NCBI GenBank assembly: GCA_045592105.1
Contig: JAZNUB010000045.1
Coordinates: 260-64,259, forward strand
From: Eubacteriales bacterium
GTDB lineage: Bacteria > Bacillota > Clostridia > Oscillospirales > CAG-382
Direction of reading: 5' to 3'
Length of the DNA: 64,000 nt
Under the pieces are notes generated by a model. The model saw only the letters and a program-made list of their open reading frames with translations, searched no databases and was not told where the DNA came from. A program made the translations under genes and the position numbers. This document shows positions 1-9,474 of the stretch, piece by piece. Within the stretch, counting starts at the first letter, position 1. Each line of letters opens with the position of its first letter.

Positions 1-31
1 TGTATCAAATCTAATGATTTGATACAGCCCC
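1..31. repeat. Copy (probably cut by the window edge) of a conserved palindromic unit TGTATCAAATC-N4-GATTTGATACAG flanked by CCC
   Basis: The window opens with tgtatcaaatc taat gatttgatacag cccc. The same arms recur at 14986-15021 and 57809-57842. Confidence 0.7.
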
Positions 32-93
32 AAATTTCACTGTTATCTTCGATAACAACTTCACTTTTGCGAAGCAAAAACTTCACTAAAACA

Positions 94-849
94 TTATTTT
101 ATAAGTGCTTCAACGCGCAACGCTCTGCTGTAAACTTCCTTGGGGAATTCTTTATACTTATCGGCAGAGCAGAACACCTCAAACGCAAGCGCAAAGCTTT
201 TGCTTGTTTGGCTGATACGCTCGCCCATATCCTCCCAATCAATGGTACCGTCGAAGGGGAGTAGATGGCTATCCTTTTCGCCCTTGTTGTCGTGCAGATG
301 CACGCACAGCAGGCGGTCTTTGTATTTCTCAAGTATGCCGTAGCCGTTGTCATACAAAAACTCGTGCCCACAGTCAAAGCAGAAAAAAGCGTTTGGTATA
401 TTGGAAAGTGCGTATTCCAAATAGTCCGTGCGCCTTAGGTTTTCAAACGCTATCTTAACGCCGCATTTTTCTGCCTCGTTACAAAGCAGGCGAAACCTTT
501 CAAGCCCCGTGCTGTTATATTCTGGCGGCACGCTTGTGCGCGATAGATGCACAACCATTGTGGGGATGCCTAAAGCCCCTTGCTCGCGGGCGCATTTTAT
601 AAGAAAATCTATCCACTTATCGCCTTTCGCGCTTTTGCCCCACACATCGTTGGTGTAGCAAAAATCGGCATGCACCGCTTCTACGGACAGCCCCGCTTCA
701 AGCGCGGCGTTGTACTGGTCGGCAAGCGGCTCTCTGTTATCGAAGAACCTGAAAAGCTCCGTGCCGTTAAAGCCTGCGTTTTTTATTGCCGCCGCCTTTT
801 CGGAAAGAGATACGCCCTTTGTGTAATTGAAATACATTGATTTTTTCAT
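94..849 (-). CDS. Sugar phosphate isomerase/epimerase (xylose-isomerase-like TIM barrel) family protein
   Basis: The ORF was trimmed to MKKSMYFNY (ATG at 849). Its length and the pattern (GFNGTELF ... HLSR ... FENL ... CFDCGHE ... HLHDN) are typical of the AP-endonuclease-2/TIM-barrel family. Confidence 0.75.
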   Translation of the reverse strand: MKKSMYFNYTKGVSLSEKAAAIKNAGFNGTELFRFFDNREPLADQYNAALEAGLSVEAVHADFCYTNDVWGKSAKGDKWIDFLIKCAREQGALGIPTMVVHLSRTSVPPEYNSTGLERFRLLCNEAEKCGVKIAFENLRRTDYLEYALSNIPNAFFCFDCGHEFLYDNGYGILEKYKDRLLCVHLHDNKGEKDSHLLPFDGTIDWEDMGERISQTSKSFALAFEVFCSADKYKEFPKEVYSRALRVEALIK

Positions 850-917
850 TAGATGTTTTTCCTTTTGAATATTAGCTTTGCCGACACAACGCAAGCTTTA
901 TTGTGCTTTTGCGTTGC

Positions 918-3686
918 TTATTCCTCCACGTCGGCAGAGACTTCCTCGCTTGTTTCGGGCGGGGCTTCCTCGGCGTGGTAATGCTCTATACATATTCTGT
1001 TGCGCGGTCTTCCGCCCACAAGGGTGCCGAAATAATAGGTTTTGTCCTCTTCGGTGTAAAGGTTGGCAAAGAAGGGCTGTGCTTTGCTTTCGGGGAACAC
1101 GTAGCCCTCGGGTATATCCTTGTAGATGCAATCGCCGTCCATTACGAATACAAACGAATCAAAAACTCTTTCGTTATTAAGCCTGAAGGATACGGTTATA
1201 AGATCTTCTTCAGGGCAAGCACAGCCTTCAAAGCAAATAGCTTGCGTTTCTCTGTCGTAAAGCACTTCTATGTGGCAATCGCACTTTTCAATGGGCTGTG
1301 TGCCTGCGGCGAATACGCCTGTCATAACAGCGTTGCCCGTGAAGCTGTTTTTGGCGTTATCGTAGTAGTAAATATCGCGGTAGCAGGCATCGGTTGCAAC
1401 CTTGCCGGAGATAGCACAGTATTTAACCTTTACCATACCCGTAGGGATATCAAACTGCTTTTGATAGCTAACGCCGTCTTCCTCTAAGTTTTCGTATATT
1501 ATCGTAAACACCCTATCCCAAAGGCTTAGCGCGGGGTTGCCTGTAAAGCCGCTTAAGCTCTTATTATTGTCGTAGCCAAACCAAACGCCGCCAACATAGT
1601 TGGGGGTAAAGGCTACGAAATATCTGTCACGGTCGTCGTTTGTGGAACCCGTTTTGCCCGCAACCTCCATTTCAAAGGCTGAATCCAGCGTTACACGAGT
1701 ACCCGTACCGCCTACCTGCGAAACAACGTTCATAAGCATAGAGGTCATAGAGTACGCACTGCTTTCACTTACCGCAACCTTATGCACCTGCTCCTTTTGA
1801 AGCAGTATGCTTTCGCGGCGGTCACGCACCTCGGTATACATTCTGCCCTCGCTGGTTTTGCCGCCGTTTGCTATCATACAGTAGCCTTGCGTCATCTCTC
1901 TAACCGTTACGCCGTGAGTAAAACCACCAAGCGCAAGCGGTGCCAGCGCGATATCGGAATATATCTTGCCGCCTATTTCCTCTCTCCTGATAATGCTTTC
2001 AAAGCCCAAGGTTTCCGTTAGGAAGTTAAAACACTTTTCGGGCGTTAGCTTATCAACAAGGGCAACGGGGATGGTGTTAAGCGATTTTATTACCGCAAAG
2101 TTCGTGTCTATCATCCCGTAATACACGTTAGGCGTGTTGGTGGGCCAATATTCATCGTCGTTTTTAAGCGTGGGCACGTCGTCCACGGCACTGCCTGCCG
2201 TTATAAGCCCTTCCTCGATAGCAAGCGTATACAGCGAAAGCGGCTTGATAGACGAACCGCATTGCCTGCGGCTTTGTGTTGCACGGTTAAAGCCGCGCCC
2301 TTCCTTCTTTTCACCTCTGCCGCCTACTATGCCTAAAATATCGCCTGTTTTTTGGTTCATTATAACCATTGCCGCCTGCGGTATAACGCCCTTGGTGGGG
2401 GCTACGGTTTCCGAACCGAGATACAAATACTCGTTCCCCGATTTTTCAAACACGCTTTCCATCGCATCCTGCACCATCGGGTCCATCGTGGTTATTATCT
2501 GAAGCCCGCCCGAATACAAAAGCCTTGCCGCAGTCATACGGTCGTATCCGTGCTCTTCAATTAAATCGTCTATTACCTCGTCTATAAGAGCGTCCACAAA
2601 ATAGGAGTGTATGGTTTCGCTGTAATCCTCCGCCTCGGCTTCGGTATTAAGCTCCAAATGCCCACGGTAGCAGCTATCAAACTCCTCTTGCGTTATCCTG
2701 CCTTGTTTAAGCATCTCTTCAAGCACAAGGTCGCGCCGTTCCTGATTGTGAAGCGGGTTACGCACGGGGTCATACTTTGTGGGGGATTTGGGTATCGAAG
2801 CAAGCGCGGCACATTCTATAAGCGTTAGATCCTTAAGCTCCTTGCCGAAATACTCCTGCGCGGCGGTTTTAACACCATAGCAGTTTTGCGATAGGAATAT
2901 GGTGTTAAGATACATTTCCAGTATCTCTTCCTTGCTGTACTTCTTCGTTACGTTCAGCGCACGCAGTATCTCCTGCACCTTACGCTGTATCGTAACGTCG
3001 TCCTCTTTAGAAACGTTTTTAATAAGCTGCTGCGTTATAGTAGAGCCGCCCGAACGGTCACCGCTGCCGAAAAAGCCCAAAACTGCGTTGATGGTACGCC
3101 TGTAATCTATACCCGGATGCTCCCAATAACGCTTGTCCTCTATTGCAAGGAACGCGTCTATCAAATCGGCAGGCATCTCCTCGTAGCTTGCCCAAGCGCG
3201 GTTTTCGCTGCCTACAAGACGGTCAAACTCCACTTCCTCGCCGTTATCGTCCACATAGCTTATGGTTGTATAAAGGCTGCTTTCAAATTGCAGGTTGTCA
3301 AGCCCTGTGTAGTTGGGGTCAACGTTGCCCTTGATGTATATTACAAAAGCCACGCAAACCGCCGCAAAGGATATGATACCAACCAAAAACACCGTAAGCA
3401 GTATGTTAATAAGCCACGTTGCAACCTTATAAAGCCCGTACAGCAACACCTGCAAGGGGTAGGCAATGCCCATTTTGGCTATCTTCTTGTGGTTTACCTG
3501 CTTTTTGGCTTTCGGCTTCTTTTCAGGCTCGCCATTTGCCGTTTCTTCCTTCTTTTCTTCTTCGGGCTTAGCGGGCAGGTCAAACTCGGTAGTGCCCTTG
3601 GGGGCAGAAGCTTCGTTTATATCAAACACGTTAGTACCCGTATCGTCCGCCTGCTCGTTTCTTTCAAGCTTTTCGTTCTCGTTCAT
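918..3686 (-). CDS. Class A penicillin-binding protein (bifunctional transglycosylase/transpeptidase, PBP1A-like) with a Cys-rich C-terminal extension
   Basis: 922 aa with a single N-terminal TM helix. GT51 motifs EDKRYWEHPGID and GGSTITQQL are present. Transpeptidase motifs are SSIKP (SxxK), SLN and KTGST. Confidence 0.93.
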   Translation of the reverse strand: MNENEKLERNEQADDTGTNVFDINEASAPKGTTEFDLPAKPEEEKKEETANGEPEKKPKAKKQVNHKKIAKMGIAYPLQVLLYGLYKVATWLINILLTVFLVGIISFAAVCVAFVIYIKGNVDPNYTGLDNLQFESSLYTTISYVDDNGEEVEFDRLVGSENRAWASYEEMPADLIDAFLAIEDKRYWEHPGIDYRRTINAVLGFFGSGDRSGGSTITQQLIKNVSKEDDVTIQRKVQEILRALNVTKKYSKEEILEMYLNTIFLSQNCYGVKTAAQEYFGKELKDLTLIECAALASIPKSPTKYDPVRNPLHNQERRDLVLEEMLKQGRITQEEFDSCYRGHLELNTEAEAEDYSETIHSYFVDALIDEVIDDLIEEHGYDRMTAARLLYSGGLQIITTMDPMVQDAMESVFEKSGNEYLYLGSETVAPTKGVIPQAAMVIMNQKTGDILGIVGGRGEKKEGRGFNRATQSRRQCGSSIKPLSLYTLAIEEGLITAGSAVDDVPTLKNDDEYWPTNTPNVYYGMIDTNFAVIKSLNTIPVALVDKLTPEKCFNFLTETLGFESIIRREEIGGKIYSDIALAPLALGGFTHGVTVREMTQGYCMIANGGKTSEGRMYTEVRDRRESILLQKEQVHKVAVSESSAYSMTSMLMNVVSQVGGTGTRVTLDSAFEMEVAGKTGSTNDDRDRYFVAFTPNYVGGVWFGYDNNKSLSGFTGNPALSLWDRVFTIIYENLEEDGVSYQKQFDIPTGMVKVKYCAISGKVATDACYRDIYYYDNAKNSFTGNAVMTGVFAAGTQPIEKCDCHIEVLYDRETQAICFEGCACPEEDLITVSFRLNNERVFDSFVFVMDGDCIYKDIPEGYVFPESKAQPFFANLYTEEDKTYYFGTLVGGRPRNRICIEHYHAEEAPPETSEEVSADVEE

Positions 3687-3699
3687 TCAAAGCACCTCC

Positions 3700-4368
3700 T
3701 TAGTCCTTTGCATCGCGCAGGATAAGCGCCGTTTCCTTTTTGTGTGCCGCACAGGCTTGCCCGTATATCGTGCCAAACACGATAAGAAGCAGCCCTAAGA
3801 ACACACCGAAAAGGTCTATGCCAAAATCAAATCTTAAATCTCCATCCACAAAGTTCTTTATAAGCGCGTAGTTGAAATAACGCTTAATAAGTAACACCAG
3901 CGGGTTGCCAATCATGATGGAAAGCCCTATATAATTAACGTATGCGGCATTGTCCGCGGAAAGCACTATTCCGTTACCAACATTTTTAAAAAGCTTTCCA
4001 AGGTAGTTGAACACGGGAATGCTTACGGCAAGCCCCGCCATAAGCGTAAAAATGCCCGCGTATACCGCGCCCTTGATGTTGCCTGTATCAACGTCCTCAT
4101 AAGCGCGAAGCACCTCTATACCGTTGCCCAAGCAAACGTCAAATTTCCTAACGCCGTTTTCCGTTACCACCTTCATATACGGTGTAAACAACAGCTCCTC
4201 GGCAGAAACGTTCACAAACACAAGCACTACCGACATAACGCCAAGCAACGCCGTAAGCCCAGCCGCAACGTATGCAAGCAGCTTGAACGCACGCCACAAA
4301 AGCTTGCACACAGGCGTTATCTTTTCGTATCTCGTGTCAATATCACTGCCTTTTTTGATCAATGCCAT
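3700..4368 (-). CDS. Multi-pass membrane protein, possibly DUF2975-like
   Basis: A 222-aa ORF with 4-5 hydrophobic helices, packed tightly between dnaE and the PBP gene. The family call is tentative, from overall architecture only. Confidence 0.55.
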   Translation of the reverse strand: MALIKKGSDIDTRYEKITPVCKLLWRAFKLLAYVAAGLTALLGVMSVVLVFVNVSAEELLFTPYMKVVTENGVRKFDVCLGNGIEVLRAYEDVDTGNIKGAVYAGIFTLMAGLAVSIPVFNYLGKLFKNVGNGIVLSADNAAYVNYIGLSIMIGNPLVLLIKRYFNYALIKNFVDGDLRFDFGIDLFGVFLGLLLIVFGTIYGQACAAHKKETALILRDAKD

Positions 4369-4371
4369 AGC

Positions 4372-7300
4372 TTAAACGCTCCTTTGCTTAAGTGCAACGT
4401 TGCCGTTACCCATAACGTCCTCTATCGCGGAAACAAGCGCGGCTGTGGGGTTTACGGAAACCCCTCTGGGCGATAACAGCTTCTTCGTTTCCTCGTAGTA
4501 TAAGCACACCTTTCCAAAGCCCTCGTGCTTTTGCATTATCTGTAACGCTTTGTTTAGGTGCTTTTCGTTCTCGGCGGTTATTTTTATATACAACGCGGGC
4601 GTTGCCGCGTTGGGTACAACCGCCTTTTCAAGTATTATCTTAAGCTCGTCCTCTGTTTCATCATCGTACGCCTCACGCACGCTAAGGCGCCCCTGTATGC
4701 AAAGCACCGCGCCCTCCGTAAGCAGCTCACCGTATGCACTTAGCTGTTTGGGGAACACAACAAGCTCCGTTTCCCCGATAGTGTCCTCAAGCGTGCAAAA
4801 CGCCATAACGCCGCCGTTCTTCGTGGGCTTTTGCGTTTTATCCCGTATCAATCCCAACAGCGTAAGCATCTGCCCTTCTTTAACGCCGCCCTCGCGGTAT
4901 TTATCGTATATCGCGCCTATATCCAAGCAGTTAAGAGCGCGCGCCGCTTCTGCATATTCGGTTAGCGGATGCCCCGTAAGATACAGCCCTGTAAGCTGTT
5001 TTTCGTCCTCAAGCATCGCACTGCGGCTGTATTCGGGCACCTTAGGATACTCAAGGCTAACGGCACTTTCCTCAACGCCAATGGATTCAAACAGCCCTAT
5101 TTGCCCTGCTGCCGCAGATGCGCGAATTTGATGCAGCTTATCGCCGGACGTGTCCAAAGCCGCAACAAGCACACTGCGCGGCTTGCCAAAGCAATCCATA
5201 GCACCGCTTCTTATAAGAGCTTCCGTCATCCTTGCGCTACCGCCTGAATGGCCGCGTAGCAGATAATCCTCAAAATCCTTGTATTCTCCGCTTGTTTCGC
5301 GCTTGCTTACTATGCGCCTTGCATAGCTTTCACCAACGTTTTTTATAGCCGCAAGCCCAAAGCGTATACCGCCCTCCTCGGTTGTAAAGCCAACACCGCT
5401 TTTGTTTATACTCGGCGACAATATGTCAAAGCCCATACGCTGGCATTCGCCGCGATAAAGGCGCATCTTGGCGTTGTCGCCCATAACGGAATTTAAAAGC
5501 GATGCCATATACTCCTTGGGATAGTGGCATTTAAGATAAGCCGTGCGGTACGCAAGCACCGCGTATGCCGCCGCGTGGCTTTTGTTAAATGCGTAGCTTG
5601 CAAAGCCTGCAATACTGTCAAACAGCGCTTCCGCGCCCTTCTCTGTCATCCCGCGCGCCGCTGCGCCCGCCACAAAGCCTGCACGCTCCTTTTGCATCTC
5701 CTCAGGCTTCTTTTTCGCCATAGCGCGGCGCACAAGGTCCGCCCTGCCGTAGCTGTAGCCCGCAACGCTAACGCAAATACGCATAACCTGCTCCTGATAT
5801 ATCATACAGCCGTAAGTGGAGCGCAGCACGCTTTCAAGCGTTGGCGATAGGTATTTTATCTTAGCCGGATCGCGCCTGTTGGCAAGATAATCGTCTATAA
5901 ACTTTGCAGGTCCCGGACGATAAAGCGATATAGCCGTTGTTATATCGTCCAAGCAGTTGGGGCATAGCCGCGTAAGCAGGTTACGCATCCCCTCGCTTTC
6001 AAGCTGAAACAGCCCGATAGCGTTCCCCTCGCAAAGCATTTTGTAGGTAGCGGCATCGTCAAAGGGAATAGTGTCCTCACTAAACAGCGGCACCTTTTCC
6101 TTAACCGCCTCGCACGCTTTTTCTATAACGGTTAAAAACCTAAGCCCCAAAAAGTCTATCTTCAAAAGCCCCAAAGCGGCAACCGTGTTCATAGGGAACT
6201 GCGTTACCACCGTGCCCGTAGACGTGGAAAGCGGCAAATAATCCGTTAAAGGCTTGTCCGTAACAACAACGCCGCTTGCGTGCTGGCTTGTGTTACGCGG
6301 CCTGCCCTCAAGGGCGCGCGCGTAGTCTATAAGCGTTTTAACTGTACTGTCTATTTTATACCTTTCGGCAAGCTCTTTGCTTTCTTTAAGTGCATCCTCC
6401 ACGCTTATGCCGATAACGCGGGGGATAAGCTTTGCAACCTCGTCCACCTGCGCGTATGGCATACCAAGCACACGCCCAACGTCACGCACGGCTTGTCTGC
6501 ACGCAAGCGTACCAAAGTTTATTATCTGTGCAACGTGGTCTGCACCGTATTTTTGAGATACATATTCTATAACCTCGCCACGGCGTTCATCACAAAAGTC
6601 GATATCAAAATCGGGCATAGAAACGCGCTCCGGATTAAGAAAACGCTCAAAAAGCAGGTCGTTTTTAATCGGGTCAACACCCGTTATGCCTAAAAAGTAC
6701 GCCGCAAGCGAGCTAACGCCGCTACCTCTGCCGGGGCCAACGGGTATTCTTTTGCTTTTTGCAAAATTTACAAAATCCCAAACGATAAGATAATAGTCCA
6801 CAAAGCCCATATTTTCTATTATGGAAAGCTCTGTGCTAAGACGTTCCTTGTATTCTTCCAGCCTGTCCGTTATAATGCCCTTTTTCCGCATCGCGGCAAA
6901 GCCATCCTCGCACAGCTTTTTAAGATACGCCGCCGCGGTATACGGCGCGGGCGTTGCGTATATGGGCAAATGCATCGTGCCAAACTCAAACTCAACGTTG
7001 CATTTGTCCGCTATTATCTGCGTGTTTTCAACAGCCTGCGGCAGGTCGGAAAACAAAGCCTTCATCTGCTGCTCCGTTTTAAGGTAAAACTCCTCCGTGG
7101 AGAAGCCAACGTCGCTATCCGCAACGGTTTTGCCCATCTGTATAAGCATAAGCAGGCGTTGGGTTTGTGCATCCTGTTTCTTGATATAATGCACGTCGTT
7201 TGTGGCAACAAGCGGCACGGAATGCTTCTTTGCCAGCGCAACAAGCGCGCTGTTTACCTTTGCTTGCTCCTCCAGCCCGTGCCTTTGCAGCTCTATATAA

Positions 7301-7803
7301 AAATCCTCGCCAAATATAGCCTTTAGCGCTTTAAGCTCCTTTTCCGCGCCTGCCATATCCTCGGCAAGTATTGCGGAGGGTATAGCACCCGACAAACAGC
7401 CCGAAAGCGCAATAAGCCCCTCGCTGTGTTTTCCAAGCATCTCCATATCCGTGCGCGGCTTCATATAAAAGCCGTTGATAAACGCATCGGAATTAAGCTT
7501 CATCAAATTTTTATAGCCCGTTTCGTTTTTGCACAGCAGAACAAGGTGGTGGTACAAAACCTTGCTGAAGGTTTTGTCCGTACGGCTTTTTGGCGCAACG
7601 TACACCTCACACCCGATAATGGGCTTAACATCTGCTTTCTTGCAGGCACGGTAAAAATCTATAACCCCGTACAGACAGCCGTGGTCCGTAATGGCAACGG
7701 CACTTTGCCCCGCCGCAAGCACTGCCGCAGGAAGGGCTGATATTCTGCATTCGCCATCCAAAAGGCTGTATTCCGTGTGCAGATGCAGGTGGGTGTAAGC
7801 CAT
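4372..7803 (-). CDS. dnaE: DNA polymerase III alpha subunit (DnaE type)
   Basis: 1143 aa. It has an N-terminal PHP motif (HLHLHTEYSLLDG), polymerase core motifs (PDFDIDF, GLLKIDFLGL) and a C-terminal OB-fold region. Confidence 0.96.
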   Translation of the reverse strand: MAYTHLHLHTEYSLLDGECRISALPAAVLAAGQSAVAITDHGCLYGVIDFYRACKKADVKPIIGCEVYVAPKSRTDKTFSKVLYHHLVLLCKNETGYKNLMKLNSDAFINGFYMKPRTDMEMLGKHSEGLIALSGCLSGAIPSAILAEDMAGAEKELKALKAIFGEDFYIELQRHGLEEQAKVNSALVALAKKHSVPLVATNDVHYIKKQDAQTQRLLMLIQMGKTVADSDVGFSTEEFYLKTEQQMKALFSDLPQAVENTQIIADKCNVEFEFGTMHLPIYATPAPYTAAAYLKKLCEDGFAAMRKKGIITDRLEEYKERLSTELSIIENMGFVDYYLIVWDFVNFAKSKRIPVGPGRGSGVSSLAAYFLGITGVDPIKNDLLFERFLNPERVSMPDFDIDFCDERRGEVIEYVSQKYGADHVAQIINFGTLACRQAVRDVGRVLGMPYAQVDEVAKLIPRVIGISVEDALKESKELAERYKIDSTVKTLIDYARALEGRPRNTSQHASGVVVTDKPLTDYLPLSTSTGTVVTQFPMNTVAALGLLKIDFLGLRFLTVIEKACEAVKEKVPLFSEDTIPFDDAATYKMLCEGNAIGLFQLESEGMRNLLTRLCPNCLDDITTAISLYRPGPAKFIDDYLANRRDPAKIKYLSPTLESVLRSTYGCMIYQEQVMRICVSVAGYSYGRADLVRRAMAKKKPEEMQKERAGFVAGAAARGMTEKGAEALFDSIAGFASYAFNKSHAAAYAVLAYRTAYLKCHYPKEYMASLLNSVMGDNAKMRLYRGECQRMGFDILSPSINKSGVGFTTEEGGIRFGLAAIKNVGESYARRIVSKRETSGEYKDFEDYLLRGHSGGSARMTEALIRSGAMDCFGKPRSVLVAALDTSGDKLHQIRASAAAGQIGLFESIGVEESAVSLEYPKVPEYSRSAMLEDEKQLTGLYLTGHPLTEYAEAARALNCLDIGAIYDKYREGGVKEGQMLTLLGLIRDKTQKPTKNGGVMAFCTLEDTIGETELVVFPKQLSAYGELLTEGAVLCIQGRLSVREAYDDETEDELKIILEKAVVPNAATPALYIKITAENEKHLNKALQIMQKHEGFGKVCLYYEETKKLLSPRGVSVNPTAALVSAIEDVMGNGNVALKQRSV

Positions 7804-7818
7804 TGCCTTCTCCTTTCG

Positions 7819-8505
7819 TTAAATACCTTTAGCCAGCTTGTCCGCCTCCTCAGCGATACGCTTAAGCCTGTGGCTAAGCCCCGATTTGCTTATTGGCGGC
7901 GAAAACATCATCCTAAGCTCTCCAAGCGGCATAAACGGGTTTTCTTCTCGTAGCTTTGCGGTTAACACAAGCTCTTCGGGCAGAGTGCTAAGCACGCCGT
8001 GCTTTTTCAAAACGGCTATGGCGCGCATTTGCTCCGCCGCCGCAGTTGCCGCACGGTCTATATTAGCAAGCTCTGCATTAAACTTTCTGTTTTCTTTACT
8101 TCTAACGTTTTTTATAACCTCTGTTTCTAATACCTCAAGCGCAAACTTCACAGCACCTATGTATGTAAGGAAATCGCTTATCAGCGCGCTTACCTTGTAG
8201 TAAAGCCGCACCTTGCCGTTTTGCATAGAGCAAGCGTGGGGAGTAAGCCCCTCCTCGTCAAGTATGGCGGCAACGCGCCCTGCCAAGGCACGCGGCACCT
8301 TCATATCAAGGTGAAAGCCCTTCTCCGGGTCGGTAACCGTGCCACAGCCCACAAATACACCCGCCACGAACGAAGCGCGGCAGGAGGGGCATACCTCCTT
8401 GAATATGGCGCAATCTTTTCCCGCGTTAAACGCCGCCGTACAGCAAGCGCTTCGCTTTATATTGTCAGAACACAAGTATTCTTTTATTTCGGACGAAACG
8501 GACAT
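7819..8505 (-). CDS. whiA: WhiA-like DNA-binding sporulation/cell-division regulator, unusually short (228 aa)
   Basis: The N-terminus (SSEIKEYLC...ACC) and a LAGLIDADG-like segment (FVAGVFVGCGTVTDPEKGFHLDM) match WhiA. So does the C-terminal HTH (ISKSGLSHRLKRIAEEA). About 70-85 residues of the canonical N-terminal domain are absent. Confidence 0.8.
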   Translation of the reverse strand: MSVSSEIKEYLCSDNIKRSACCTAAFNAGKDCAIFKEVCPSCRASFVAGVFVGCGTVTDPEKGFHLDMKVPRALAGRVAAILDEEGLTPHACSMQNGKVRLYYKVSALISDFLTYIGAVKFALEVLETEVIKNVRSKENRKFNAELANIDRAATAAAEQMRAIAVLKKHGVLSTLPEELVLTAKLREENPFMPLGELRMMFSPPISKSGLSHRLKRIAEEADKLAKGI

Positions 8506-9359
8506 CAGTATATCTTAACCTCCGTTTCCAAAAATACACCTGTTTTTTCAAAAACTATTTCCTGCACGCGGCGTATAAGCGCAACCACATCGTCACCGCT
8601 TGCGCCGCCGCGGTTTATAACAAAGCCCGCGTGCTTTTCGGATACCTGCGCTTTACCAACGGAAAAGCCCTTAAGCCCACAGCTTTCTATAAGCGCGCCT
8701 GCAAAATGCCCTACGGGGCGCTTGAAGGTTGAGCCACAGCTTGGATACTCCAGCGGTTGCTTTGCACGCCTTTTTGCCATATTTTCAGCCATCTTGGCAG
8801 TTATCTCCGCCTTATCCCCTGCGGGAAGCACAAACTCCGCGCTAAGTATATACAAATCCTTTTCCATAAAAACGCTCTTGCGGTATGCAAGGCGTGTATC
8901 CTCGGCACTTAAGGTAATCACAGTACCGTCCTTTTGCGCACAGCGCACGGAGTGCAAAACATCCTTTATCTCGCCGCCGTACGCGCCCGCGTTCATATAA
9001 ACGCCGCCGCCAACCGTGCCGGGAATACCGTATGCAAACTCCATCCCCGCCAGCGCGCGCTCTGCCGCGTGCGCCGCCGCGGCAGAAAGGCTAAGCCCTG
9101 CACCGCAGATAAAACCGTTTTCGGTATCGGTAAGCGTATTAAGCCCATCGGTTAGCAACACCGTGCCGTTGTAGCCCGCGGAGGTAAATATAACGTTGCT
9201 ACCGTTGCCAAGCACAGCAAACGGCTCCTCCAGCTTTGTTAGCGCATAGATAAACTCCGCCTCATCAGAGGGGCGACAAACTCTATCAACCGTGCCGCCT
9301 GCTTTCATAGAGGAAAGTGCGGCACCTTCTACGTTATATTCAAAAACAAGCTTTTCCAT
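8505..9359 (-). CDS. murB: UDP-N-acetylenolpyruvoylglucosamine reductase
   Basis: 284 aa with an FAD-binding PCMH-type N-terminus (LGNGSNVIF) and MurB C-terminal motifs (GSTFKRP, GFVIN). Confidence 0.93.
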   Translation of the reverse strand: MEKLVFEYNVEGAALSSMKAGGTVDRVCRPSDEAEFIYALTKLEEPFAVLGNGSNVIFTSAGYNGTVLLTDGLNTLTDTENGFICGAGLSLSAAAAHAAERALAGMEFAYGIPGTVGGGVYMNAGAYGGEIKDVLHSVRCAQKDGTVITLSAEDTRLAYRKSVFMEKDLYILSAEFVLPAGDKAEITAKMAENMAKRRAKQPLEYPSCGSTFKRPVGHFAGALIESCGLKGFSVGKAQVSEKHAGFVINRGGASGDDVVALIRRVQEIVFEKTGVFLETEVKIY

Positions 9360-9426
9360 ATCAAGGCACCGCCTTTTCCGTTAAATAAGCCTTATTTGGC
9401 ATATTAAAAATAAATATACATCATAT

Positions 9427-9455
9427 ATTATACTACCGTATGCCGTTTTTTGCAA
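9427..9455 (-). promoter_or_regulatory. SigA-type promoter upstream of murB
   Basis: The minus strand reads TTGCAA-17 nt-TATAAT, about 70 nt upstream of the murB ATG. Confidence 0.55.
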
Positions 9456-9474
9456 GCTATATTTTCGTTCCCCT

